A DNA stretch of 64,000 nucleotides from Cyanophora paradoxa CCMP329 (lineage: Eukaryota; Plantae; Glaucophyta): assembly GCA_004431415.1 (NCBI GenBank), contig QPMI01000482.1, positions 62,001 to 126,000 on the forward strand, in the 5' to 3' direction. The position numbers were made by a program, and so were the translations under genes. Position 1 is the first letter of the stretch. Every line of letters begins with the position of its first letter. Positions 45,854 through 57,357 of this stretch are shown here, piece after piece. The notes beneath the pieces were generated by a model. The model searched no databases, was not told where the DNA came from, and worked only from the letters and a program-made list of their open reading frames with translations.

Positions 45854-48760
45854 CTAGTCGAGCTGGGGAGAGGGCGGGGCGGACCTGTCGAGGGCGGCGT
45901 CGACCCAGTCCATCGCCTCCCGCGTGCCTGGCGCCGGGCAGGGAAGAAGCGATCGCGAGCGGTGAGGCCGCGCCCCGGGTAGGGGGCGCGCGCGCCCAGC
46001 CGGCTCACTGGGCGAGAAGGGAACGTTCTCGAAGAGCGGAGGGGGCGGCGTGCCTGGGGCGCGGAGATCAGCGGGGGCAGCGCAGGGAGCGGGGGCAGTC
46101 GGCGCACCCGGGAGGCCGGCAGGGAAGGGAGGCGGCGGCGGGCCGGAGGCCTCGAGGAACTGAGGGGGCGCCGTGAGGCGGGCGGGGAGGCGTACAAGGG
46201 GGAGGGGTACCGAGGGCTCGGGGGGCGGCAGGGGCGCCTGCGATTTCGGCGGGGCGGGGACGGCAGCGACTTCGGTGGAGGACGTCGGGGGCGGCGGGGT
46301 CAGCTGCGCGACGGGGCGAGGGGCGCGCGGGGCGAGGGGCGCACCCCGCGGTGGAGCGGGGAGCTGCGCGCGGGGGGCGGAGGTCGAAGCGACCCGCACC
46401 CGCTGCACCGGCCCGCCGGCCCGCGTCGCCACCCTGCACAAGGCCGTCAGTGCCGCGTCGGACGCGAGCGAACAGCGCGGAAGCGGAATGCAGCGGGTCT
46501 CACGTCGCTCGGATCGCGTGGATGGCTCCGACCGCGCTCGCGCTCGCGCTCGCGCTCGGGGCGGGGGCGGCATCGGCGGCAGCGGCGGCGGCGGCGGCAG
46601 GGGCGCCGGGACGGGCTGCGCCTTGCCCGCCTTGGCCGCCCGGCCCGCCCGGCCGGCGGCGGCGGCGCTTCCTCCTCCTCCTCCTCCTCCTCCTCCTCGC
46701 CGGGGCTCTGCAGGGGGGAAGGTTGGGACAGGGCGGGGCGAGGGCGGCGGGGCGAGGGCGGGGGAGGGCGAGGGGGCGGCACCTCCTCGCCGTCGCCCTC
46801 CTCGCCCTCCTCGTCCGCCTCCGTCAGCTCCTGCCCCGGCCCTCAGCGCTCTCAAGCGCCCCCTCCCCCGCGCCCCCCTCCTCTCTTCCTTCCCCTCCCG
46901 CCCCCTCGGAGGGGCGCGCCACCTCGTCCTCCTCCTCCTCGCTGCTCTCCTCGCTGCTCTCCTCCCGGCGCCGGCCCCGCCCCCGCCGCGCCCCGCCCGG
47001 CCCCGCCCGGCCCCGCCGCGTCCCGCCGGCCGCCCCGCGCCTCTCCGGCGCCGCCTGCTGCGGGGCGTCAAGGGACGGAGCGCCGTACCGCCCATCCGGG
47101 CACCTCAGCGGCGGCGGCGGCGGCGGCGGCGGCCTCCTCGTCCCCGTCTCCGTCCCCGTCCTCGGAGAGGTCCTACCCCCCGCCGCCGCTCAAGATTCGG
47201 GCGCCGGCCGATAGCCTTCAGCGCTTCCGCGCGGGTACACGCACTCGGATGTCGTCCACCTGAGGCGCCCGCGCCCGCGGCGTCAGACCGTATCCCCGCG
47301 GATGTTTGGATCCCGTAACCCCCTCCAAACGCACGCGGTACACGGAGAACGAGAGGTACCCCGCAGTCTTCACCAGCGCCTGGATCTTGTCCCCTGCCTG
47401 GCACGAAAGGGGGTAGCTCGGTTTTCAGGGGCTACAGAGACGGAAAACACGTCCAGGGGGTACCTGCAGGTCGTGGTGGACAATGAGCTCGTTCAGCGTC
47501 GTCCTGCGGGGGGCTTAGGCGCGGAGCCGGGCACAGCAAGCGGGGCTCGGAGGGGGGTACGTGGTGAATCCGTCCTTGAGCTCGAGAATGCGCCCGACCG
47601 TCGGATTCTTCTTGTCCGTGTTGCGCTCGAAGCGTTGCTGGGGTGGAGGGGATCATCGGGGATATATGGCGAGAGAGGGGCGCCGCAGACCTGCTGAACG
47701 TTGCAGGATATGATCGCCTGAAGCGGAGTACGCTGAGCCAGGAAAGTGGGGTACAATCAGGGTCGGGCCACCGACCTGTTTATTAAAGAGCTCGCTGCGG
47801 ACGCGAGATCCCGGGCTCAGCGAGTGGGGCAGCGGGATGGGGCAAGTGCGGTCGGGGTACCGGAGCGTGATCTTCCCGTCGAACTGGACGGGGTCCTCCA
47901 TGATGTGCTCTGCGGGGGGAGTGCCGCTCAGGGCGCGGACGCGGGGGAGGGGGGTCGGGGGCCTGGGGCGGGACAGGAGCGGGCACCGATGCGGCTTGAC
48001 TTGAGGCGGAACACGAGCTGCGAGACACACGAGCGTAACATGTACGCCTCTCCCCGCGCAGTGCGGGGCGGGGCGGGGCGCGGCGCGGCTCGAGGGCGGC
48101 GGGGGATACGCGGTTCGAGCTCGCCTGCAGCGTGAGGCGCAGCGAGAACGTCCGGTCGAGCTTCCCGTCGCGCTTCTGGTGGGTACGGCTCAGAAAGCGT
48201 ACGCAGAATTGGTGAGGGTACGACGCACCTGAATATAGGCTGGAGGGTGCTTTCGAATCTGCAGATGGGGGGTAAAAAGGACAAGGGCATTCTGCGAATC
48301 CAGGAGGGGCTCGCGCGGGCCTTGTCAGTGTATGAAACCTGGGTGGGCGGGCACGGCGTGAGCCTGGGGCAGAAGCGCCGCAGCGACGCCGTAGGAGGCG
48401 CACCCTGTTGGCGCTCTTGCCGCCGCCTGTGCGCTTCTTGCGGACGATCGGAGCGGGCGCGCCGGGCGCGAGCAGCGAGGGGGCGGAGCCTGCGGGGTAG
48501 AGGTCTCAGGGCTCGCGGGGAGCGGCGCTGGGGCGGCCGGGGGGGCGCACGGGCCGGCTCGCCGGCCTCGTCCGACTCGAGCTCCATCGCCCGCTCGACG
48601 CCCTCGGGCACCACAACCTCCATCCCGTTCTCCTGCCCGCGGCGGCTTCAGTTCGAATTCTGGGCGCGGCGCGGCGCGGAGGGCGATCTAGAGCCCGGTC
48701 CTGCGGGATGCACGCGTGGGCCCGCACCCCCTGCTGCAGCATCGTGTTTAGAAGGGACTT
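45854..48760 (-). CDS. Hypothetical protein (multi-exon, low complexity, acidic/Pro-rich C-terminal half)
   Basis: Coding-like exons such as SWIRRMPLSFLPPICRFESTLQPIF, EHIMEDPVQFDGKITLRYPD, RTTLNELIVHHDLQ and EAMDWVDAALDR. No family recognised and both ends are approximate. Confidence 0.4.
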
Positions 48761-49299
48761 CCTCTTCGTCCGCGTCGCTGCACCGAGCCCGGGTTCACGC
48801 CTGCGCGTCGGTTGAGACTGCGCAAGCCCGGCAGGGCGCCCCGCGGCTCGCACGCACCGCGCGCGGGTCGAGGCCGGGGTAAGTTCGAATCTGGCGGGCT
48901 CCGGCAAGGGCGGCGGGGTTGGGAGCGGAGTCGGCTGTGAGTCATCGACGCTGGGGGTCGACAGTGTCGGAATGCGGGGCGGCGCGGGCGCGCGGAATGG
49001 CGGGTGTCCTGACCGCTTGGATTTGGGAGGCCGGCCGCGCCCGCGTTTGACTGTCGGAGAGGCTACCTCCGAAGCAGCGGCGAATGACCCCTGGACGCCG
49101 CGCTTCCTCGCTGACGGGTCGGCCTGCGAACGCGTGGCGCGGGCTCGGACATGCCATGATGCGTACGCGGGCTCCGCGCGCCCGCGCGAGTGCTATTGCG
49201 AGCATGCAATGAAGAAAGCGCGTCGCGTGAAGCGAGCGCAGACGTGTGGCATTCCCGACTGACCGCTGCATTCCGAGTTCCGGGAGGTCGGCGTGCGTA

Positions 49300-50707
49300 C
49301 CATGTGAATGTCGCCAGCGCGGCCGCACCCGAGCGTGCCGATATCCGTGCGTCGGCTTCGGAGCGCTCCTAGCGCTGTACCGACGAGCAAGCAGCAACCG
49401 ACGCGCGCACTGTACCCGGCCACCACCGTCACCACCGTACCCGGACGGCCCAAAACAAGAGCTCGGAGCGTGGGCACCCCCAGGCGCTTCGCATGCAGGA
49501 CCCCATGTTAGCGAGCTCGGCAGTGCGTCCAGCGACTTTCAGAAGCTCACCGTGCAGGTTTCGCTGATGCTGTTGCCGCCACGCCTCCGCAGGACTTTGG
49601 CTTCCAGAACCCGCTCCTTGCGGCGAAGAATGCTAGGAAACGGGCAGAGACCGATGCACAGCTTCTGGACAACCGGTTACGGAGGCTGAAGGCAAGCTGC
49701 CCCGTGGCTCCAGCAGGCTCGCTCAAGCTAACGCCCCGGATGGCGGTCTGCAGATTGAAGAGGATCGGGCGAGGAAAAAGATCGAGGAGACCCGCCGCCG
49801 GGCCGCCGAGATTCTGCAGCTGAAGGAGCGCAACGTTGCCAAGGTGCAGGTCAAGCAGCAGGTGCGGGGCCGCCTCGGAGCGCGTGCGGTGATCAGAGGG
49901 ATCACGCCTCATCGCCGGAGAACAGATGGAACAGGAGGAAGAGGAGCGATTGAGGCGGGAGCGCGAGATCATCGCTATTCAGAACGCGGAGCGGCGGGAG
50001 GTCAAGAAGGCGAGCCCCCGGGCGCCGCCGGGGACCCGTGAGACGCAGCGATGCTAAGCGCGCGGCAGGCGATCGAGCTCGCCATCGTCCAGACGAAGAA
50101 GGCGGAGGCCGCTACTCTCAAGAAGCTAAGCAGGGTGCGGATTCCGGTGGCGTCAGCTCTGCGCCGGCCTGGGCCGACTACCGCCCGCAGGAGAATCAGA
50201 TCGCGGCCGCGCGCTTCAAGGAGATGGAGGTCAAGCGGGCGCAGGTCCGACGCGGCGCCCTCCGCTCCGCCGCAGCACGCCGAGCCGGGCCGCGCCGGGC
50301 CGCAGATGATCCGGGATTCCATCAAGGCGCGAGAGATCGAGGCGGTGGCCCGCATCCAGAAGCAGCGGGTGCGCGCCGCGGCACATCGGGGCCAGCCGCA
50401 GGCGCTGAGATGCCCCCGCCGGGGCGGGCGCGCGCGCGCAGGTGCTGCACGAGCAGTCGCTGGGGCAGACGTTCGAGGAGCGGGTGGCGGTGGAGGAGGA
50501 CCGGCGCCGCCGCGCCGAGGAGGAGGTCCTCCGCATGGAGCAGGCGCGATTCGATCTCGGATTCGATCCCGCCCGGCCGCTGAGTCTGGCGCGCAGGAGG
50601 AGGCGGCCCTCATCGAGCGCCTCCGGCACATGCAGGCACGGCAGCGCAAGGCCTACGAGGAGCTCGAGGGCGCCCTCACCGCGCAGGCCGGCGGCGGCCC
50701 GGGGTGA
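49300..50707 (+). CDS. Coiled-coil protein (E/K/R-rich), possibly cytoskeletal/flagellar
   Basis: Exons RKRAETDAQLLDN|RLQIEEDRARKKIEETRRRAAEIL ... EEDRRRRAEEEVLRMEQ|EEAALIERLRHMQARQRKAYEELEGAL. Stop TGA at 50705-50707. The start is uncertain and the function is inference. Confidence 0.7.
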
Positions 50708-51071
50708 GGCGCCACGCCGCGCGGCCCTTCCCCGCCCTCTCCTCGCCCTCCGTACCCCTCCCCGTCTTCGCCCCCGCCCCACCCGCCACTCCCCCGCCCC
50801 GCTTTGCCCTCGGCGGGCCCCCGCACGGGGCCCTTGCTCCTGCCCGTAGATCTAGGCAGGACCGCCGTTAGCCGTGTAAATGTACGATTCGCAACCGCGG
50901 AGCTGCAACGTTCTAGCCGTGGCATCGGCCCGTCCCGATACTAGTAGCCTGGAAGCATGGCACCGCCGACGGAATCGAAAGAGCTGCAGATTAACTTAAA
51001 AAGACAGACTTTACACGGAAGTACAGCAGCCCGCGGGGCGCGGCGCTGCGAGGGGGGTACACGACACGGGC

Positions 51072-54016
51072 CTAGACGTCGCCGGCGGCGAGGCGGCAGA
51101 GGAGGGAGTGGACGGGGTAGAAGATGGAGGTGAAGGCGAGCCAGAGGGGGGTGTCGAGGACGAGCTGGGCGAAGGGGGCGCGGGCGAAGAGGGCGTCGTG
51201 GTAGGCGGCGAGGAGGCCGAGGGCGGCGGCGGGGGAGGCGAGGGCGAGCCAGAGGACGGAGAGGCGGTTCGAGTCCGGGCGGGCCGGGGGCGGGGCCTGG
51301 GGGTCGAGGAGGGGCAGCGGGGCGGGGCGGGCGAAGGCGAGGGCGGGGACGAGGAGGAGCATGGCGGCGAGGCCGAGGGCGAGGTTGTAGAAGGAGAGCA
51401 TCGCGAGGGTGATCGCCAGGTGCGTGAGGGCGAGCGCCCGCGCGAACGACGGGTCGTGCCCCAGCTGGATCTGCCAGTCCGCCTCCAGCCGCGCCCGCGC
51501 CTCGTCGTCGGCCCCCAGGGCGGACGCCTCCTCCTCCTGCACCGGCTGGCCCGGGAAGGGCGCCCGCTCCGCGTGCTCGTCGGGGTCCCGGCCGGCCGCC
51601 TTGGCCTTCTCCCGGGCCGCCGCGGCGAGGGCGGCCGCGGTGAACGAGAAGCGCGCCTCGGCGTCGACGTGCGGCGGGCGCCCCTGCGACAGCATCCGCG
51701 AGGCCCGCAGCAGCGTGTACGCCGCCATCAGCATGAGGACCTGCCGGCGCCCCGGCTCAGGCCCGCCCTCGGGGGGGAGCCGGAGGGGCGCACCTGGGCG
51801 TCGGGGAGGGCGAAGCGGGGGGAGAGCTCGCGCAGCTTGAAGACGGCGGGCGGGAAGAAGAAGAGCAGGGCCGAGTCTGCAGGGAAGGGCGAGTCAGGCC
51901 CGGGCTGCCGAGGGCGAACGGTCCGAGGAAGAAGAAGCGCGGTGAAAAGAGGGGGCTGGGATGAGATGGGACCCGCGATTGACGGGCAGGCGCCACGGGG
52001 AGGGCGCGCGCCTCTGAATGGTCGCGGGCCGCCCCGCGGCGATGGCCGGGGGCCCCCCGGAGCGGCGCCCGCGCAAAACGCGCGGGCGCCAAGGGGGGCG
52101 GGTCCCGGGTCGCCGCGGGATTCCTCTGCCACGGCTGTAACAGCTCGCCGGCACCAAGGCCCGGCGAGCTTGACTGGCACATGGCGCTCCAAAAGAACAG
52201 GTGGATAGCGAGCTAGATAGATAGATATAGATAGATAGCTAGCTAGATAAATAGGAAAGATACGAATTAACACATAAATTCTGCGGACCGGCGGCGGTGA
52301 TGAGGAGGTTGCCGGTGAGGTACATGTTGAGGCCGGACTTGCGCTTGGAGGCGAGCCAGACGACGTGGACGGCCGGCACGGCGAGGAGAAGGCCGCCGAG
52401 GACGCTCAGGTGCGCGAAGGGGACGTAGAATGGCGGCGTGGAGAGGAGGTAGAAGTGCGAAGAGTGGTGCAGCCGCTCCAGCAGGTTGTTGATCGACCGG
52501 ATGTACCCCTCCGCCGTCCTGGAGGGGGATGAGGCGCGGGGCGGCGGGAAGGGGCTGGGCGACGCTCACCGCCCGATGATGTGCATGTCGCGGACCGAGG
52601 GGGTGCGGAGGCCCTCCGCGGGGCTCAGCGTGAACGAGTCGACCGTGCGCCTGGGGCCCGCGCGCGCGTGAGAATGCGCCAGGAGAACGGCCGGGGCACG
52701 GCGGCGGCCGCACATGAGGAAGTGGGCGTGGTCGCCGGTGGGGAGGCCGAGGGCGAGCCGGGCGGCGAAGCCAAGCGTGGAGACCATGCGCTCCCAGTAC
52801 GTTGCGGGCACGACCTCCATGACGGGCACGACGAGCGGGTGGTCAACGCTCAGCACGAGCTCCCAGAGGGGAATGGCCGCCTTCACAAACCACTCCGGGG
52901 CCGCGTTCTGCGGATGCGCGGGGGCGGGGGCGTTGGAGCCGGCGCGGAAAGAGAAAGGAGAAAGGAGGGAGGCCTCACCTGAGCGGGGTATGGCCACACG
53001 ACGACGCGGCGCTCATTGACGAGGACCTCGTTCAACGTGGCGATCACGTCGAGGTTCGGGAGGCGTCCGCCGATGCCGTCTGCTCCGTCGCATAAGCGCC
53101 GGGGGCGCCGCCTCGAAAAGAGAGGAGCGCACCGGCGGAGACAGCGATGCGGTCGAAGGTGCCGCGCGTGAAGTCCAGGGCGAGCGCGGCGCGGATCAGG
53201 CCGGAGCGGCGGAGGCCGAGGGAGTTGGCGCAGTCGAGGCCCGTGCAATGGTACGCGTCCAAGAACGCTTTGACCCCGTTCGGGCATGCCGGGCTCGATC
53301 CATCGTGCAGGATGACGATCACGTCCATGGCGAGCCACGTCCTGTCTGCCGGAAGGCGGTCAGGGCTGGGGCACGTACATACAAAGGAGATGGAGCCAGA
53401 AACGACTCACGTTTCGCGAACGCGAGCTCCGCGACGCTGATCGCGATGGCGGCACCGGTGTTGAGGCCCTCGAGTGTGTTGTTCGCGCTGCTTTCCTCGG
53501 GGTCGGGCCGGTGGTGATAGTAGCGCGCGGACAGCGCAATCGCCTCCTTGCCATCGCCAGATCGAGATCGGATGCGGCCGATGAGCGCCGGCCCGCACTC
53601 GACCGGTCCATTCACGGGGATCGATGTCACCTCCGCCCCGGCCGTACGAAGAGCCCGCGCCACAGTGCCGATCACGTAGTCGTTTGGTGGATCCGGGAAG
53701 CTCGCCACGACCGCCTTGTCGATCTCCTCGAGGAACTGCTCCGCGAGCTGCGCGAAGCCTTCATCGTAGCTGTACTCCGCCGCATTGACTAGAAGCGCGT
53801 TTTCGTCTGTCCGCGTCCTCCGACTCGCGAACGGCAGCAGCAGCAGCCAGACGATCGCCGCGAAGAACAACAGCCAGCTGCGACCGTGTTTAAGAACCTG
53901 GCAGGAGAAAACGGGCGGGCGGCGAACCTCACTGCCGTTATCGACCGCTCTGAGAGCTTCGCAAACACATTCTCTCTCCGCTTCGGCGGCTCCTTGGCCG
54001 GCTCCCGCGGATTCAT
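51072..54016 (-). CDS. GAA1: GPI transamidase component Gaa1/GPAA1
   Basis: LLLPFASRRTRTDENALL, RSRSGDGKEAIAL, WLAMDVI, GVKAFLDAYH, GLIRAAL, GRLPNLDVI, EGYIRSINNLLERLHHSSHFYLL, and a C-terminal TM block with YNLALG. Confidence 0.92.
52213..52252. repeat. Short imperfect (GATA)n microsatellite in a GAA1 intron
   Basis: ctagatagatagatatagatagatagctagctagataaat. Confidence 0.7.
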
Positions 54017-54259
54017 CCGTACCCCGGGCCGGCCGTTCCCCCCACTCCTAAACTTCAGCAAGTTCGTTCGCGCTTCTCGCGGCTTATACTCGCCCGCCGC
54101 TTGGCGTGGCTATCAGCTCCATCAGCTCACCTCACTAACTTCTCGAGGTGCGCCGCGCGCGGTTTTCGGGCGCGCGCAGGACGCACGAGCTTTCATTATA
54201 GGCTGCGTGGGCTTGCGGAAGCTGCGGATTTGTGTCACAAAGGCTCATACCTTCAACAG
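54017..54259. promoter_or_regulatory. Putative bidirectional promoter between GAA1 and ferredoxin
   Basis: The divergent start codons are 243 bp apart. Inferred from geometry only. Confidence 0.5.
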
Positions 54260-54993
54260 ATGGCAGCTTTCACTACTTCCTTCCTCCCGGCCGCCCGCAA
54301 CTTCACTACTTCCTTCGCGGGCGTGGCCATCCGGCGACAGGAGCGCAACATCGAGCCCAGCACTCCCCAGCGCACTACCACCGTTGCCCAGGTTTGTTAC
54401 CATCGAAGCGCCGCGCGCGCGCGCGCAGCAAGTTTGTCGTTTCGTTCCGGGACCTTCCATATGATCTAGGCGGCCCCGATCTCGAGCAGTCCTGCACAAG
54501 CAGTCCTGCACAAGCAGTCCTAACTCGCGCTTTGTTGCAGGCGCCCAACCCGTTCACCAAGCAGCTCAATCGCACCACCGAGGTGAAGGTCGACGGCGCT
54601 AAGTCGGCCATGGCCGGCCCGGCGGAGAACCTCCGCTTCGTCCTTCAGCGCGAGAAGGTAGACCTCTACGCGTTCAAGGGCAAGGTGTGCTGCTCCGAGT
54701 TTTCATGGCCTTATGTCCGAACCAACACGGTCCGGGCTGGCAGCTGCTGAACTGCGGCGGCTACGGCAACTGCGGCACGTGCATCGTCGACATCACCGAG
54801 GGTGCTAGCAACTGCAACGCGCGGACCCCCGCTGAGGAGAAGCTCCTCCGCAACAAGCCCGAGTCGTGGCGCCTCGGTCCGCTCCCCCGCGCCGTTTCGT
54901 TCGGTCCCTCTTCTGATTCCTGTCTGTGCAGCCTGCCAGTGCGTGGTCAACGGGCCGATCGCCATCGCTACCAAGCCCCAGGCGAAGAAGTAA
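54260..54993 (+). CDS. Plastid-targeted 2Fe-2S ferredoxin-like protein (cyanobacterial minor ferredoxin / PnsB3-NDF4-like)
   Basis: MAAF transit peptide; ENLRFVLQREKVDLYAFKGK|LLNCGGYGNCGTCIV..ARTPAEEKLLRNKPESWRL|ACQCVV..TKP, giving the Cx5Cx2C...C cluster ligands. Confidence 0.9.
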
Positions 54994-55370
54994 GGGGCTT
55001 TGAACGCGACCCGGGCGGACGCCCAGCTACACACAGGACCAGACTAGCATACTTTCCCTATCAGACAGCACTTTCGGCGACTGCCCAGTTGGGGGCGGGC
55101 CACTTTCATCCAGCATTTCGATTCAGCTCCCTTTCACTCTTTGTTTAGCTTCAGTTGTGATTGTCGTGCTCTGAATGGCATGCGTTGGAGAAGGCATGGC
55201 TGGGCCCCGGGGATTTGATTATGAAATTGCATATTTACACACATCGTGGCATCGTGGATGCGCACGTCGCGCGATGATACAGCGAGAGCTGACAGCTCCG
55301 CGGAGGGGCCGACCGGACGCCCCCCGTGCGAATGAGTCTAAGCTCTCAATTATTATCTGCCTCAAGCTAG

Positions 55371-57195
55371 CTAGTAAACGAATATTCTCTTGAAAAGAAG
55401 GACGGAAAGCTCGTCGAGGCGGTCGACGATGACGTCCGCGCCGGTGAGCTGCGGACCGGTTCAAAAGAGAGGGAGAGGGCGGCAGGGCAGGGGGGGCGGA
55501 CCGCGTAGGGCGGGTGCGTGGAGCTGACCACCACGCACTTCATCTGAGCGACAGGAGCTAAGACGAGAAGTGGGGCGGACAAGCGCGCTGCCCGGGCACG
55601 GCACCTGGCCGGCCCTGGCCGCCTCGATGCCGACCGGGGTGTGGTCGAAGACGCAGCAGAACATGGGGGCCCGCTCCACCTGCAGAGAGCATCCTTGAGA
55701 GGACGGGAACGTTTACACGAAGATCGAAATAAGGAAAAGGACCTCCTTGGCCATCGTGAGGTACATGTGCGGGCTGGGCTTCAGCCGCAGGAAGTCTGAG
55801 CGGAGCGATAAGGAAGAAGAAGGAAGGGGAGAGGGCTGAGGGCAGCAAGGAGGGCGCGCCGGCGCCGGAGACGAGGGCCTTGAAGTAGGACTGGAGGCCC
55901 GTCGCCTCTATTATCGCCTCGACGGACTTGCGTGGCTGCAGCGAGCCCAGGGCGCTGAGGGCGGCGGGGCAAGGGGCATCAGAAGAGGGGGGAGAGGGTG
56001 GAGCAGGGGCGCGGCGGGAATCGGACCAGGGGACCTCGTTGTCCTTCAGGATATCCAGCATTTGCTTGGCGCCCGGGATGAGCTCGAGCCTGCAGCCGCC
56101 GGCCGATCGGCGCTCGGGGAACGGGAAGGGGGCCGCGGGCGGGGCGACGGGGACGCGTACCCCTTCTCCTTGAGGAGGTCGCGGAAGATCTCCTCTTTCC
56201 TCTCCACCAGGCTCATGATCTCGCGGGGATCCCCGGTCCAGTCGAGGACCTGAAAAAGGGACGGTCGGCGGAAAGGCAGGGCAGGGGACGGGCAGGGCTG
56301 AGCGAGGCGGCGGCGGCGCGCCTCGAAGATGAACTGCTCGTTGCGCATGATGAGCATCTTCTCGAGCTGCCGCTCGTGCGCGGCGAAGACGTAGTTGTTG
56401 CCCTGCTCCTGCTCCTCGTCCGCGAGCTTGAGCCACGCGTCCCGCTGCAGCTCCTTCGTGTCCACAAGCACGCTGCACGGCCGTTTAGAGCGGGCTGGGC
56501 CGAAGATCTAGCCAACAAGCTTGGAAGGCGCACCCCTCGAGCTCGAAGAGGGCGCCAAAGCCGCGCTCGGGCTTGAGCATGAGGCGCTTCTTTTCGAGGA
56601 AGTCAGGCTGAAGGTCCCGGTTTAAGGCCTCCAGCATGTCAATGTCCTCGCGCTCGAGCGGCACGCCCCACCACTCACGCAGTGGCTCCTCCTCCTCCAT
56701 CTCCATCTCTTGCGGGCCGCCGCCGCCCCGGCCCGGACGAGAGCGGACGCCGCCAGCCCGCGGCACTTCCACTGCCGCACTGGAGCTTGCCCTGACTGGA
56801 GCAAGCGTCGCTTGCCGGCACTCGATCGGCGCCGGCGCTGAGCTGGACGGGGAGGCCCGTGCTGCATGATAGCTGCGGTGCAGCTGATCTGCGGTGGCCG
56901 GGGCGCCCCAAATTGGCCTCCAAGACGAGAAGGTCCCGATCAACACCCGCCGGCTGCTACAGGGCGCGGGCGAGTTCCCCATACTCTCGGCAGCAACACG
57001 CGCTGCACGCGCCGTCGCCCTAGCGGCCGCCGCGCCGCTGCTGCTGGTCGCAACGGGACATGCTTGAGGAGCCTTAGACTGCCGCAACGACGCACGTCCG
57101 GCCACGGCGACGGGACCGGCCGCGCAGAAGGCCGGAGAGGAATCGCCCGCCGGTGGCGGTGCACTCGGCGCACTCCAAGCCCTTCGGAGCGCCAT
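55371..57195 (-). CDS. Plastid HAD-family phosphatase, PyrP2-like (riboflavin-pathway ARPP phosphatase-like)
   Basis: GFGALFELEG|VLVDT..AWLKLADEE, MRNEQFIFE|VLDWTGDPREIMSLVERKEEIF, CCVFDHTPVGIEAA, MKCVVV..HPPY, ADVIVDRLDELSV. Has a long N-terminal presequence. Confidence 0.85.
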
Positions 57196-57357
57196 GTCGC
57201 TCCCGGGGCCGCTGCTGTTTCAGATGGGATCGCTCCGCGGGCGGGGTACGTGTTACCTCCAGGTCTTGCGTGGTCCGAAGCAGCGCTCGAGCGCGAGGCT
57301 GCCGGGAGCGCAGTCTACTTAATTGAACGACAATGCACAGTTGACTTGGCGCGTGCG
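57196..57357. promoter_or_regulatory. Putative bidirectional promoter between HAD phosphatase and NEK
   Basis: The divergent ATGs are 162 bp apart. Inferred from geometry only. Confidence 0.5.
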
